Source: an uncultured Succinivibrio sp. (GTDB lineage: Bacteria > Pseudomonadota > Gammaproteobacteria > Enterobacterales > Succinivibrionaceae). Taken from it: a stretch of DNA of 64,000 nucleotides. The stretch covers positions 3,182-67,181 of the forward strand of contig CACZXZ010000006.1 in assembly GCA_902785325.1 (NCBI GenBank), read 5' to 3'. The notes below the pieces were generated by a model. It searched no databases and was not told the DNA's origin. It worked only from the letters and a program-made list of their open reading frames with translations. This document shows, one piece after another, positions 49,679 to 60,353 of the stretch (position 1 is its first letter; each line of letters begins with the position of its first letter). The position numbers and the translations under genes are program-made.

Positions 49679-51937
49679 ATGGCATTAAGAACCAACATAG
49701 TCAGCAAGAAAAAAAATTCCGTTCTTAAGAAAATTCTTAAGATTGCAACTGCCTTTGTATTATTCATTGCCATCACCGTAATTGGTGGAATTTTATATTT
49801 TAATAATCAAAATATAAAAACCCCTCTATTAAAGTACTTATCTGAAAAGACTAGCCTTAATATCAATTGCGACAAAATTGAGTTTTCTCCCCTTTATCCT
49901 AATGTACTAAAGCTTGGTGGAGTGACTATTGACGGTATTAAGATTTCAGAAGTCTATGTAGAATACAGCCTTGAAGATTTATTTGATAATAAAGATCTAG
50001 ATATAAAATACCTCTATTGCAAAGGCATTACCTTCAAAGAGCAAGATTTATCAAACTTAAAACAAGAGCAGATACCTTTTGAAGCTATCAAAATTGGCAA
50101 ACTAGATTTAATTGATACTCCACTATGGTTTAATAATTTCAAAGCTCAACATGCTACCTTTAGTGCTCAAAATTTCTTACTAATGGATAATATTAGTTTT
50201 GAAAACGGATCATTAAGCGCTGATACAGCACAATTTGAAAACCTCGAATTGAAAAAACTAAATGCTAAAATTGAACTTGAAAAAGAGGCAATTAGGACCA
50301 ATCAATTTAATGCTCAAGTATTAGGTGGACAAATTCAAGCTGATTTAAAGATTGATCCTGCTAAGCGAGAAATAACCTTTAACTCTTTAACTTTAAACAA
50401 AATTATTCTCAAAGATTTAACTCATGACCTACCTAAATACACTATAAGTGCTGGAATCTCAAATCTCTATGACTGTGTAGTAATTCTGCCACAAAGCAAG
50501 GTTATACTTGGTCAAATCACAGGACAAGTAAAAGATCTTTTCCTTGATAAAAACCAAATCAATTACAATTTTGAAGGAAAAATTGATGAAATCTCCATTC
50601 CTTCACTTCAAATTACTGCAGAGCACAATGAGGTAAATGCTACTGCTTTAATGGATAGTCTTAAGCTTTCACTTAAAGGAAAAGTATTTCAAGGCGAGTT
50701 TAACTTAAATTCTAACTACACTAAAAACTTGAAAGATTACTACCTAAATATCGATAACTTTACTTTAAAAGATGCCAAATTAGAGCCAACCACTCAATTA
50801 GTCGATTATCTAACGACTAAAGCTTTTGAGCACAATACTTATATTAAAAGCTTAAATCTTGATAACTGTGAATTTGTCTCTAACATAGATGCTTTCCCTA
50901 TCACTATAAAAGCAGTAAAACTAAATTCTCACAACTACGCTTTTGATAAAGATAGCCATCTACTTGTTGGCTATGAAGCTCAAAGCACCCTTGATTTAGA
51001 TAGCTTGTATATAAAAGATCTCTTTATCAAAAAAGCAACCGTACATTCAAATTTACATGACAAAATCTTTAGTGTAAATTCTGATTTAATAGAGTTTTCA
51101 AAAGGTAACAACCTAAGCTTTAGCTACACTTATGATGACAAGCTTAAAGAAGCTCACTTTAATGCTAACGCTAAAGACTTTAATTTAGAAAATCTAAACT
51201 CTAGCTTTTTTAATCATCTATTCAATGGCAAAGTTGATTTAAGTACAGATTTAGCTTTTTATGCTCAAGACTCTAGCCATGATACTTTTGATAATGTTCC
51301 AAGCCCTGAAGAACAAGAGCAAATCGTCACTGAAAGTAATTTACTCAAAGAAGACATTCCTTCCTTTGCAAAACCTTTTTATGGCTACAACCTAGTTAAT
51401 ACTAATCAATTTTACTTAAAATCTGCTACTACAGAAGGCGAGTTAAGCCTAAGCTCTGACAGCTTATTTATTTCAGATCTTGGCTTAGATTTAGTTAACG
51501 GTGGACCTAAAAAAGATTATGTACTAAATTTTGAGGATTTCTTATTTGCAATTAAAGGCTCGGATCTTGGACTTTATAAGTTAGATCTTGAGGCTACTAT
51601 TGAAGACAATATAGTTAAAACAAAACTATCAAGTGATCTTACAAGCTCTCATATCAGTGCTCGTGCAAGTTATGATCTTTTATCTAAAGAACTCTCCTCA
51701 AGAACAACCTTTGTATCTTTACCAAAAGATAGTCTAAGTACTCTCAAAATTGAAGGTCCAATAAAAGATCTTAAAGTTATCATCAATGCCATTACTCGTG
51801 GTGAAATGCGCAGTGGCATCAATACAGATCATTTACAAGACACAAAAGGAAAAGAGACTAGTTTAGAAGAGTCAAAAGTAGAAACACCTGCGCCAAAGGA
51901 AACTACTTTAGAGCAGGCAGATCTTAAAGCAGAATAA
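49679..51937 (+). CDS. AsmA-like (YicH-type) envelope protein
   Basis: Single N-terminal TM then long beta-rich repetitive region; follows recG as yicH lies near recG in enterics. Confidence 0.6.
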   Translation: MALRTNIVSKKKNSVLKKILKIATAFVLFIAITVIGGILYFNNQNIKTPLLKYLSEKTSLNINCDKIEFSPLYPNVLKLGGVTIDGIKISEVYVEYSLEDLFDNKDLDIKYLYCKGITFKEQDLSNLKQEQIPFEAIKIGKLDLIDTPLWFNNFKAQHATFSAQNFLLMDNISFENGSLSADTAQFENLELKKLNAKIELEKEAIRTNQFNAQVLGGQIQADLKIDPAKREITFNSLTLNKIILKDLTHDLPKYTISAGISNLYDCVVILPQSKVILGQITGQVKDLFLDKNQINYNFEGKIDEISIPSLQITAEHNEVNATALMDSLKLSLKGKVFQGEFNLNSNYTKNLKDYYLNIDNFTLKDAKLEPTTQLVDYLTTKAFEHNTYIKSLNLDNCEFVSNIDAFPITIKAVKLNSHNYAFDKDSHLLVGYEAQSTLDLDSLYIKDLFIKKATVHSNLHDKIFSVNSDLIEFSKGNNLSFSYTYDDKLKEAHFNANAKDFNLENLNSSFFNHLFNGKVDLSTDLAFYAQDSSHDTFDNVPSPEEQEQIVTESNLLKEDIPSFAKPFYGYNLVNTNQFYLKSATTEGELSLSSDSLFISDLGLDLVNGGPKKDYVLNFEDFLFAIKGSDLGLYKLDLEATIEDNIVKTKLSSDLTSSHISARASYDLLSKELSSRTTFVSLPKDSLSTLKIEGPIKDLKVIINAITRGEMRSGINTDHLQDTKGKETSLEESKVETPAPKETTLEQADLKAE

Positions 51938-51938
51938 T

Positions 51939-52859
51939 TTAATTCTTTTGAGATACTGTAATCTTAATAGAAGGTTTCTTCTTAGTTTGAATTAAGTCAT
52001 CTGAACCTAGAGTTGAGCCTGTTACATTAGCTAGATATACCATGAAGCTTGGAACTTCATCTGAAAGTCCTGATCTTACTACACCTAAGGTTGCAGTAAA
52101 CTCAGCTCCTAACAATACTATCCACCAGGAAATATAAATCCAAATAAATAAGACAGGAATTACCGCTATAGCACCGTAAATAGCTTCGTAATTAGAGAAG
52201 TTTAGAATAAATACAGAAAATACTTTCTTTGAAACTTCAAAAACTACGGTAACGAATAAAGCCCCAAATAAGGCATCTTGAAACTTTACTCTTACTCTTG
52301 GAACAATAATATATAAAGCAGTAAGCAAGCCACACTCAATTAGAATTGGGAAGATAAAGTAAGCTAGCATTAGTGGGACACCTAAAGTTTCTTTTGAGGA
52401 AATAGCAAAAGACATTACTTTAGTAAAGATCCAAATAATAATACCTAAAGCTACAGGACCTAAGGTAAGTAAAGTCCAATAAATAGCTAACATGGTACCA
52501 AGCTTTCTTCTACCACCACGCCAAATTCTATTTAAACATTGATCAATTGAGCGAACTAAAAGTAAAGAAATAGAAAAGAATACTACAGTACTTGTTACTG
52601 TTAATTTTCCTGAATGCTCTACAAAAGTACCTACGTAATTGCCTAAAGTCTCGGCAAATACAGGCATAAAATTCTCTTTAGTAAAGACTTTTAAGCTTTC
52701 TCTTACATCTTCAAAGGAAGGGAAAACTGCAAAGATATAAAAGCAAACACTAATAGCAGGAATTAGCGCTAAGATTGAAGTAAAGGATAAAGCTGAAGCT
52801 TCTAAGCCTATAGAATCCCTTTTTACTCTGTTAAAAAAGTATAAATATAATTCCTTCAC
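51939..52859 (-). CDS. yihY: YihY / virulence factor BrkB family membrane protein
   Basis: ASALSFTSILALIP, NRIWR, YWTLLTLGP, YEAIYGAIA..WIYISWWIVLLGAE. Confidence 0.9.
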   Translation of the reverse strand: MKELYLYFFNRVKRDSIGLEASALSFTSILALIPAISVCFYIFAVFPSFEDVRESLKVFTKENFMPVFAETLGNYVGTFVEHSGKLTVTSTVVFFSISLLLVRSIDQCLNRIWRGGRRKLGTMLAIYWTLLTLGPVALGIIIWIFTKVMSFAISSKETLGVPLMLAYFIFPILIECGLLTALYIIVPRVRVKFQDALFGALFVTVVFEVSKKVFSVFILNFSNYEAIYGAIAVIPVLFIWIYISWWIVLLGAEFTATLGVVRSGLSDEVPSFMVYLANVTGSTLGSDDLIQTKKKPSIKITVSQKN

Positions 52860-53134
52860 GTTACCATCCTAAGCTAATTTATAATTCATTTTTTTTCTAT
52901 TTCTTGCTCATTATACTGAAAACGACTCACAAGATTTTAGTGTTTTAGTTAAAATTTGATGTCAGTTTCTTGATTTATCAGAATAAATCTACCTTAAATA
53001 GAACAATTTCGTCTTTTTTTTCTATAAAATGCTAGATAGCTCAAAATTTACGCTAAAATATCGCAAAATTTCTTTTTCATTTTTTTAATTTCTCTTTCTT
53101 AAAAAGAGATCATATCTAGATAGGTTATCGAAAA

Positions 53135-54973
53135 ATGGATGTTCAAAAAATCCGTAACATTGCAATCATTGCTCACGTTGACCACGGTAAAACAACCCTA
53201 GTTGACAAGTTATTGCGTCAATCAGGTACCCTTGACCGTGCTGAACTAGGTCAAGAGCGCGTAATGGATTCTAACGATATCGAAAAAGAGCGTGGAATTA
53301 CAATTCTTTCAAAGAATACTGCTATTAACTGGAATGACTACAGAATTAACATTGTTGATACTCCAGGTCACGCTGACTTCGGTGGTGAAGTAGAACGTGT
53401 TATGTCCATGGTAGATTCAGTGCTACTTCTAGTAGATGCTGTTGATGGTCCTATGCCACAAACCAGATTTGTTACCCAAAAAGCTTTCGCTGCTGGTTTA
53501 AAGCCTATCGTGGTTATCAACAAGTGTGATAGAGAAGGTGCTCGTCCTGATTGGGTAATCGATCAAGTTTTCGACTTATTTGATAACTTAGGTGCAACTG
53601 ATGAGCAGTTAGATTTCCCTGTTGTATATGCTTCTGCATTCCAAGGTTGGGCATCTTTAGATCCTGATTCTCATGGTGATACCATGGAGCCTTTATTCCA
53701 AACTATCGTGGATAAGGTAAGCCCTCCAGAGGCTGATCTCGATGGTCCATTCCAGATGCAAATTTCATCTCTAGACTTTACCTCCTACGTTGGTGTTATC
53801 GGCGTTGGTCGTGTAAAGCGCGGTATTGCAAAGGCTAACCAAGTAGTTACCATCGTAGATAGAGATGGTAATACACGTACCGGTAAGATTGGTCAAGTTT
53901 TAGGTTACTTAGGCTTGAGAAGATCTCAAGTAGATTGCGCTGAAGCTGGTGACATTATCGCTGTAACAGGTTTAGGCGAGTTAAAGATCTCTGATACTAT
54001 TTGTGATCCTTCAAAGGTTGAATCATTACCTGCTTTATCAGTTGATGAGCCTACTGTTTCTATGAACTTCTGCGTAAATACCTCTCCATTTGCTGGTCGT
54101 GAAGGTAAATTCATTACCTCAAGAAACATTGAGGAGAGACTAAGAGAAGAGTTAGTTCACAACGTTGCTTTACGTGTAGAAACTACAGAAGATACCGACA
54201 GATTTAAGGTTTCAGGTCGTGGTGAGTTACACCTATCAGTACTTATTGAAGAAATGCGTCGTGAAGGCTACGAGTTAGCAGTTTCTCGCCCTGAGGTTAT
54301 TCTTCATAAAGTTGATGGCAAGACCTTAGAGCCATATGAGGTATTAACTCTTGATCTTCAAGAAGAGCATCAAGGTCCTGTAATGGAAGAGTTAGGCTTA
54401 CGTAAAGGTGAAATGAAGAACATGGTTCCTGATGGAAAGGGTCGTGTTCGTCTAGACTATAGAATTCCTGCTCGTGGCTTAATTGGTTTCCAATCATTAT
54501 ATATGACTCTAACTTCAGGTACCGGTTTAATGTACCATACCTTTGATAGTTATGATGAGTATGTCGGTGGCACCATCGGTGAGAGACAAAATGGTGTGTT
54601 AATTTCTAATGATACAGGTAAAGCTGTACCTTACGCTTTATGGTTCTTACAAGAGCGTGGCCGCTTATTTGTAGAGCCTGGTGAGGAAGTTTACGAAGGT
54701 GAGGTTATCGGTCTACACGTAAGATCTAATGACTTAACCGTAAATCCTTTAAAGACCAAGAAATTAACCAACGTTCGTGCAGCAGGTTCTGATGATAACA
54801 TCATCTTAACTCCAGCTATCAAGATGACTCTAGAGCAATCTTTAGAGTTTATCAACGAAGATGAGTTAGTAGAGGTTACCCCTGTAAGCATTCGTATCCG
54901 CAAGAAGAATCTATCAGAATTAGATAGAGTGCGCGCTTTCCGTGCGGCTGGTGGTAAAAAAGCTGACGAATAA
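53135..54973 (+). CDS. typA: Translational GTPase TypA/BipA
   Basis: [53 protein letters not shown]. Confidence 0.98.
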   Translation: MDVQKIRNIAIIAHVDHGKTTLVDKLLRQSGTLDRAELGQERVMDSNDIEKERGITILSKNTAINWNDYRINIVDTPGHADFGGEVERVMSMVDSVLLLVDAVDGPMPQTRFVTQKAFAAGLKPIVVINKCDREGARPDWVIDQVFDLFDNLGATDEQLDFPVVYASAFQGWASLDPDSHGDTMEPLFQTIVDKVSPPEADLDGPFQMQISSLDFTSYVGVIGVGRVKRGIAKANQVVTIVDRDGNTRTGKIGQVLGYLGLRRSQVDCAEAGDIIAVTGLGELKISDTICDPSKVESLPALSVDEPTVSMNFCVNTSPFAGREGKFITSRNIEERLREELVHNVALRVETTEDTDRFKVSGRGELHLSVLIEEMRREGYELAVSRPEVILHKVDGKTLEPYEVLTLDLQEEHQGPVMEELGLRKGEMKNMVPDGKGRVRLDYRIPARGLIGFQSLYMTLTSGTGLMYHTFDSYDEYVGGTIGERQNGVLISNDTGKAVPYALWFLQERGRLFVEPGEEVYEGEVIGLHVRSNDLTVNPLKTKKLTNVRAAGSDDNIILTPAIKMTLEQSLEFINEDELVEVTPVSIRIRKKNLSELDRVRAFRAAGGKKADE

Positions 54974-54992
54974 AGATCACTTTTAGTGCTTT

Positions 54993-55024
54993 AAAAAACC
55001 TGTATGGATCATACAGGTTTTTTT
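54993..55024 (+). terminator. Intrinsic terminator after typA
   Basis: AAAAAACCTGTATG-gat-CATACAGGTTTTTTT. Confidence 0.88.
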
Positions 55025-55106
55025 ATTTACGCAATTTTTTCTAATTATCTAATTGAATAATAAGTAATTTTACAATATTTCCCCATCCCTTATCGAAAAT
55101 CCTTTG

Positions 55107-55162
55107 TGCACTAATTTTGTGCTATGCAATAAAAATGTGCTAAAGTGTATCAAAATAGTGAA
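55107..55162. promoter_or_regulatory. Tandem NtrC-type boxes
   Basis: TGCAC-N7-GTGCT (55107-55123), TGCAA-N7-GTGCT (55125-55141), weak TGTAT-N7-GTGAA (55146-55162) vs consensus TGCAC-N7-GTGCA. Confidence 0.65.
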
Positions 55163-55194
55163 GATTTAAAATAATCACACCATAGAGATACACA

Positions 55195-56295
55195 ATGTTT
55201 ACTTTAGATAAAAGGAATATTTTAGAAAGTTTAACTACAGCTGTTTTAATAACAGACAAGACTTTCATAATTGAGTATGCCAATACTGCTGCAGAACAAT
55301 TGTGTGGTATTTCTAGATCTAGACTTGTTAATCATTGTGCAACTAATTTAATTGATAGAAGTGAAGAAACTTTACTAAAAACTCTTCAAGAAACTGATTT
55401 TTATAAAGACTTCCAAGGCTTTTCAGCTGCAGGTGTATTGCTATCCCCTCTTGCAGGAAAGTCCACAAAAGCAGATATCACTATTTTTCACTACAATCAT
55501 GAAAATTTTGATGGTCTTCTAATTGAGATCCACACCATTTCTCAGCAAGAGAAACTCATCAATCAGATCCAACAGAATTATCAATACACAGCTGCAAGAG
55601 ATTTAATCAGAAGCTTAGCTCATGAAATTAAAAATCCACTAGGTGGTATTCGAGGGGCAGCTCAATTGATTGAAATGATGTATGGTAACACCATCAAAGA
55701 CATCAAAGAATATACCAATGTAATTATTGAGCAATCAGATAGACTAAAAGTACTAGTTAACAACTTACTAGGACCGCAAAAACCAAATCCTTTAACTAAG
55801 GTAAATATCCATTACCTCTTAGAGAAGGTAATCAAACTAGTACAAATGCAACCTGAGATTAAGAATATTAAGTTAATCAAAGATTACGATCCTAGTTTAC
55901 CAGAGTTAGATCTTGACCAAGATTCAGTTGAACAGGTTATTTTAAATATCGTAAATAATGCAATTCAAGCTTTAGGTGAAGTTGATAAAGAAGACAAATA
56001 CATAAGAATCAAATCTAGAGCTAGCATTAGAACCATTGTTAGAAATAAGAAATATCCAACCGCAATTATTATCTCTATTAGTAATAATGGTCCTGAAATT
56101 CCAGAGAATATCTTACGTACTATTTTCTTCCCAATGGTTACCACTAAAACTAATGGTAACGGTTTAGGATTATGCATTGCACTAAATATTATTGAAAGAC
56201 ATCATGGCACGATTGAATGTGTTTCTGATGCAAATGAAACAACTTTTAAAATTATTCTACCTTTAAAGTCTAGTAGAAAGAATGGAGAACAATAA
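55195..56295 (+). CDS. glnL: Nitrogen-regulation sensor kinase NtrB
   Basis: PAS-like N-terminus, H-box LAHEIKNPLGGIRGAAQL, DYDPSLP, N-box NIVNNA, FFPMVTTK..GNGLGL. Confidence 0.92.
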   Translation: MFTLDKRNILESLTTAVLITDKTFIIEYANTAAEQLCGISRSRLVNHCATNLIDRSEETLLKTLQETDFYKDFQGFSAAGVLLSPLAGKSTKADITIFHYNHENFDGLLIEIHTISQQEKLINQIQQNYQYTAARDLIRSLAHEIKNPLGGIRGAAQLIEMMYGNTIKDIKEYTNVIIEQSDRLKVLVNNLLGPQKPNPLTKVNIHYLLEKVIKLVQMQPEIKNIKLIKDYDPSLPELDLDQDSVEQVILNIVNNAIQALGEVDKEDKYIRIKSRASIRTIVRNKKYPTAIIISISNNGPEIPENILRTIFFPMVTTKTNGNGLGLCIALNIIERHHGTIECVSDANETTFKIILPLKSSRKNGEQ

Positions 56296-56297
56296 CT

Positions 56298-57743
56298 ATG
56301 AATCCAATGATCTGGGTTATTGATGACGATGCAAGTATTAGATTCGTCTTTGATAAAGCATTAGATGCAAATAGTATCACTCACCGTCTATTTGAAACCG
56401 GTGAAGCAGCTCTTACAGCTTTAGAGAGTGAAACACCAGACGTAATTGTTTCTGATATTAGAATGCCTGGCATTAACGGTCTAGATTTAGTTAAAAAAGT
56501 TCATGAAATCGATGAAAATATTCCTTTCATTATCATGACAGCCCATTCTGATCTTTCTGCAGCTATTGATGCCTATGAAGAAGGTAGCTTTGAATATTTA
56601 CCAAAGCCATTTGATATTGAACAAGCAATAAGTGTAATTAGACGTGCTGCAGTTCACCGTGTAAATATGATCCAAATGCTAAATCAAAAAGCAAAAGCAG
56701 AAAACCAAACTTCTGCTACTGCAACTGATTCTAATGAGGAAGCAGAGATCATTGGTAAATCCCCTGCAATGCAAGAGGTGTTTAAATTTATCGGTAGAGT
56801 ATCAAGAACTGATTTACCTGTTCTAATTCATGGCGAAGTAGGCACTGGTAGAAGCCAAGTTGCAAAAGCTTTACACAATCACGGTGAAAGAAAGAATGGT
56901 AAGTTTGTATCTTTAAACTTAGCTTCTCTTTCCCCTGAAATGGTTAAATATGAGCTTTTTGGTGATATAAATAAAGACATTTCTCAATGTGCTTTAGTAA
57001 AGGCTGAAGGTGGTACCTTATTTATCAGTGAAATTGCTGATTTACCTATGGACTGCCAAAACAGAATTTTACAATTATTACAAAAGCAAGAATACTCACC
57101 AATAGGTGCAACAGAGCCAATTCATGCAAATGTAAGAGTGATTGCCTCAACCTCTCATAATCTTGAAGAAAAGATTAAAGAAGGATCTTTTAACTCTGAT
57201 TTGTACTATCGCTTAAACATTATCAATATCAATATTCCACCACTAAGGGATAGAAATAATGATATTCCAATGTTAGCCAAGCATTTCTTAGCTCAAACAG
57301 CACTAGAATCTCATACAGAGCCTAAGAAATTAACTTCAGAGGTACTAGTATTCTTATGTCGCTTACCATGGCCTGGCAACGTAAGACAATTAAAGAATCT
57401 ATGTAAATACTTAACCATTATGGTTACTGGCAGAGATATTCAACTTGTGGATTTACCATCAGAGTTTTTACATGCAAATACTCCACAAACTAAGACCATT
57501 CAAGCTAATACTAGTGCTAATAAAGAAAATTCAACTTGGCAGGAGTTATTAAGAGCTTGGGTTGATAGCAAATTGAAATCCGGTGAGCACGATATCTTAG
57601 CAGAGGCTGTTCCTGAATTTGAAAAAATTATGCTTGAAGCAACCTTAACCTTCACTGGTAATCACAAGCAAGAATCAGCAAAACTATTAGGCTGGGGTAG
57701 AAATACCTTAACTAGAAAAATTAAAGAACTTAACATCAATTAA
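56298..57743 (+). CDS. glnG: NtrC response regulator with degenerate AAA+ domain
   Basis: Receiver SDIRMPG and MTAHSDL; C-terminal HKQESAKLLGWGRNTLTRKIKEL nearly identical to NtrC; central domain altered. Confidence 0.9.
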   Translation: MNPMIWVIDDDASIRFVFDKALDANSITHRLFETGEAALTALESETPDVIVSDIRMPGINGLDLVKKVHEIDENIPFIIMTAHSDLSAAIDAYEEGSFEYLPKPFDIEQAISVIRRAAVHRVNMIQMLNQKAKAENQTSATATDSNEEAEIIGKSPAMQEVFKFIGRVSRTDLPVLIHGEVGTGRSQVAKALHNHGERKNGKFVSLNLASLSPEMVKYELFGDINKDISQCALVKAEGGTLFISEIADLPMDCQNRILQLLQKQEYSPIGATEPIHANVRVIASTSHNLEEKIKEGSFNSDLYYRLNIININIPPLRDRNNDIPMLAKHFLAQTALESHTEPKKLTSEVLVFLCRLPWPGNVRQLKNLCKYLTIMVTGRDIQLVDLPSEFLHANTPQTKTIQANTSANKENSTWQELLRAWVDSKLKSGEHDILAEAVPEFEKIMLEATLTFTGNHKQESAKLLGWGRNTLTRKIKELNIN

Positions 57744-57763
57744 CCTTTTAGTTTGAGTTTTTT

Positions 57764-57798
57764 AAGCCTATTTGATTAACTTTCAAATAGGCTTTTTT
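57764..57798 (+). terminator. Intrinsic terminator after ntrC
   Basis: AAGCCTATTTGA-ttaactt-TCAAATAGGCTTTTTT. Confidence 0.85.
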
Positions 57799-57927
57799 CA
57801 TGATAGAGGTCAATGAATTAACCAAAATCCAAACCTTTTATTCAATATTGTGAAATGCACCTAATCACAAATTAGTCACTATGGACTATTCTAATAAGGT
57901 TAAAAATGGAAATTTGGAGATAATTCT

Positions 57928-58545
57928 ATGAACAACAATAAATTTACTAAGAACGTCGATAGCAACGATATTATGCTAAGTTTATGCCAAAGCGTAGCTA
58001 ACGTAATTTCCTCAGCATCTTCTACAAATATTAGATTTGCACCTCTTGTTCAAAAGATCACCAAAACTCTTTTAACACCTGATATCGGTACATTTGTAAT
58101 GTTCACAGGTTCCTTCTCAGGCATGGTAGTTATCAACTTCCCTAAAGAAACTGCTATGGAGATTTACACTTCTTACCTTAAGAATATGGGTATTCCTGAG
58201 ACTGAGATTGCTAAAAATTACACTCAAGAAGAAGTTAGCAACACCTTAGGTGAGCTAATGAACCAAATTTTAGGTCACTTTACTAGACAAATTAGCGAAG
58301 AATTGCACATAAGAATAGATCAATCACAACCAAAAATGCTAGTATTGCCTCGCGAAGTACAAATTAGTATTTCCGTTAACTTAGATAATCCAAAGTATGG
58401 TAAAGTAACTTTCCATACTGAAAGCGGTAACGTTTTCTATGTTGAATTAGCTATGGATGATACTAGTTTTGTAGCAATTCAAGATTTTGAAACCCTAGGC
58501 TCATCTTCTCCTGATGATATCCTAGAGCAATTTAAAGCCAATTAA
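57928..58545 (+). CDS. CheC/CheX-fold protein (DUF3334-like)
   Basis: LCQSV, PDIGTFVMFTGSFSGMVVINF, GELMNQILG; E-x2-N-x22-P spacing exact. Confidence 0.7.
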   Translation: MNNNKFTKNVDSNDIMLSLCQSVANVISSASSTNIRFAPLVQKITKTLLTPDIGTFVMFTGSFSGMVVINFPKETAMEIYTSYLKNMGIPETEIAKNYTQEEVSNTLGELMNQILGHFTRQISEELHIRIDQSQPKMLVLPREVQISISVNLDNPKYGKVTFHTESGNVFYVELAMDDTSFVAIQDFETLGSSSPDDILEQFKAN

Positions 58546-58555
58546 GAATAGATAA

Positions 58556-59203
58556 ATGACAGATATCGATAAGTCAAAAGTTATTGATTTTAGAAGAACG
58601 ACCTTTGTAACTAGTGCTCCTGACATTAGCAAATTGCCTAATGACGTTGGTGCTGAAATTGCTATTATTGGTCGTTCTAATTCAGGGAAATCCTCCTCCA
58701 TTAACGCTATTTGCGATCAGAAAACTTTAGCAAAAACTAGTAGAACTCCAGGTAGAACTAGACTTATTAACCTATTTAAAGTTAATGAAGGCAAATATTT
58801 AGTAGATTTACCAGGTTACGGTTATGCTCAAGTTCCAGAGCAAATGAAACGTCAGTGGCAAAAAGCAATGACTGACTACCTACAACAGCGTAAATGTTTG
58901 TGTGGATTAGTGGTTACTATGGATATCAGAACTCCCCTACGTGATCACGACCGCATGATTATCGATTGGTCAATTGCAGCTAATCTTCCATGTTTAATCT
59001 TACTTACTAAAGCTGACAAGTTTGGTGTAAACAAGCGCAAAGAAATGGTAGGTGAGGTTAAAACTCAATTAAGTGAATTTGGTGGAAATTTCACTATTAT
59101 TGCATTTTCTGCCCTAAGAAAAATAGGCATTGATGAAACTAGAAATGTCTTAAAAAATTGGTTCACTCTCTTTCATACTAACGACGACTCAATCTTAGAA
59201 TAA
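58556..59203 (+). CDS. yihA: GTP-binding protein YihA/EngB
   Basis: [33 protein letters not shown]. Confidence 0.95.
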   Translation: MTDIDKSKVIDFRRTTFVTSAPDISKLPNDVGAEIAIIGRSNSGKSSSINAICDQKTLAKTSRTPGRTRLINLFKVNEGKYLVDLPGYGYAQVPEQMKRQWQKAMTDYLQQRKCLCGLVVTMDIRTPLRDHDRMIIDWSIAANLPCLILLTKADKFGVNKRKEMVGEVKTQLSEFGGNFTIIAFSALRKIGIDETRNVLKNWFTLFHTNDDSILE

Positions 59204-59208
59204 TAAAA

Positions 59209-59829
59209 ATGGAAAAAGGTACATTGTTTATCGTATCAGCTCCATCAGGAGCTGGTAAGTCTTCACTTATTAACGCTTTATTAACTAGATTCAATCTTGA
59301 TGACAAATTAAGATTATCTGTATCTCACACCACTAGAGCCCCAAGACCTGGTGAAGAGGATCATGTAAGTTACCACTTTGTAACCACTCAAGAATTTGAA
59401 GCCTTGATAGCTAGAAATGCTTTTTATGAGTACGCAAAAGTATTTGATAACTACTATGGAACTTCAAGAGAAATTGTTGAAAGTTGGCTTAATGAAGGAA
59501 AGGATGTCTTTTTGGATATTGATTGGCAAGGTGCTCGCCAGATAAGAAAGATAACTCCTGAAGCTAAAGGCATTTTTATTGTTCCTCCTTCTCTTGAGGA
59601 GCTTAACCGTCGTTTAGTTACTAGAGCTACTGATTCAAAAGAAGTTATTGAAAAAAGAATGAGTAAGGCTGTAAACGAGATTTCTCATTACAACGAATAC
59701 GATTATGTATTAGTAAATGACGACTTTGAAGAAACTCTACTTAACTTAAGATCTATTGTTTTAGCTAATAGAAATACTAAAGAAAAGAAAGAAGCTAGCA
59801 TAGAGAACTTATTCTTTAAGGCAAAATAG
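59209..59829 (+). CDS. gmk: Guanylate kinase
   Basis: [35 protein letters not shown]. Confidence 0.97.
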   Translation: MEKGTLFIVSAPSGAGKSSLINALLTRFNLDDKLRLSVSHTTRAPRPGEEDHVSYHFVTTQEFEALIARNAFYEYAKVFDNYYGTSREIVESWLNEGKDVFLDIDWQGARQIRKITPEAKGIFIVPPSLEELNRRLVTRATDSKEVIEKRMSKAVNEISHYNEYDYVLVNDDFEETLLNLRSIVLANRNTKEKKEASIENLFFKAK

Positions 59830-60058
59830 CTTAAAAAACACGTACTAGATTAATAATCTAAAACATTTTCGTGTATAATGAGCAAGTTTTAGCGCTCTTT
59901 TACCTATGGTAGTTTAAAAAGCCTATTTAAAAGCAAAACTACCTTAAAAGGATCATCAAAAAATATTAGAGTGCATGTCAATTTTTTTTACCACTAAATG
60001 ATAAAATCACATTAGGTTGGTAGCTAAATTTACTTACGAATAATAGAAGGTATATAAA

Positions 60059-60343
60059 ATGGCTAGAGTTACCGTTGAAGATGCTGTTGCTAAAGTTGGA
60101 AATCGTTTTGATTTAGTTTTATTAGCAGCTCGTCGTGCACGTCAAATTGCATCAGGTAGCAATCCTCTTGTTGAAGAAGAGAAAGATAAACCTACTGTTA
60201 TCGCTTTACGTGAGATTGAAGAAGGTCTTATCACTAAAGAATTCTTAGATAAGCAAGACCGCAAAGAGCACCTAAAGGATGCTTCAATTCACCCCGCAGA
60301 TAATGAATTTGCACCTATCGATGGCGTAGAGATGTTTAACTAG
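60059..60343 (+). CDS. rpoZ: RNA polymerase omega subunit
   Basis: [41 protein letters not shown]. Confidence 0.97.
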   Translation: MARVTVEDAVAKVGNRFDLVLLAARRARQIASGSNPLVEEEKDKPTVIALREIEEGLITKEFLDKQDRKEHLKDASIHPADNEFAPIDGVEMFN

Positions 60344-60353
60344 AGGTTCTCTT

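Noticed and set aside
55050-55090. Sigma32 promoter (TTGAA ... CCCCAT) upstream of ntrB
   Set aside because: Spacing of about 23 nt is too long.
57848-57888. Inverted repeats TTGTGA-N11-TCACAA and TAGTC-N6-GACTA upstream of the CheX-like gene
   Set aside because: Short arms in AT-rich DNA and wrong spacing for CRP; cannot be distinguished from chance.
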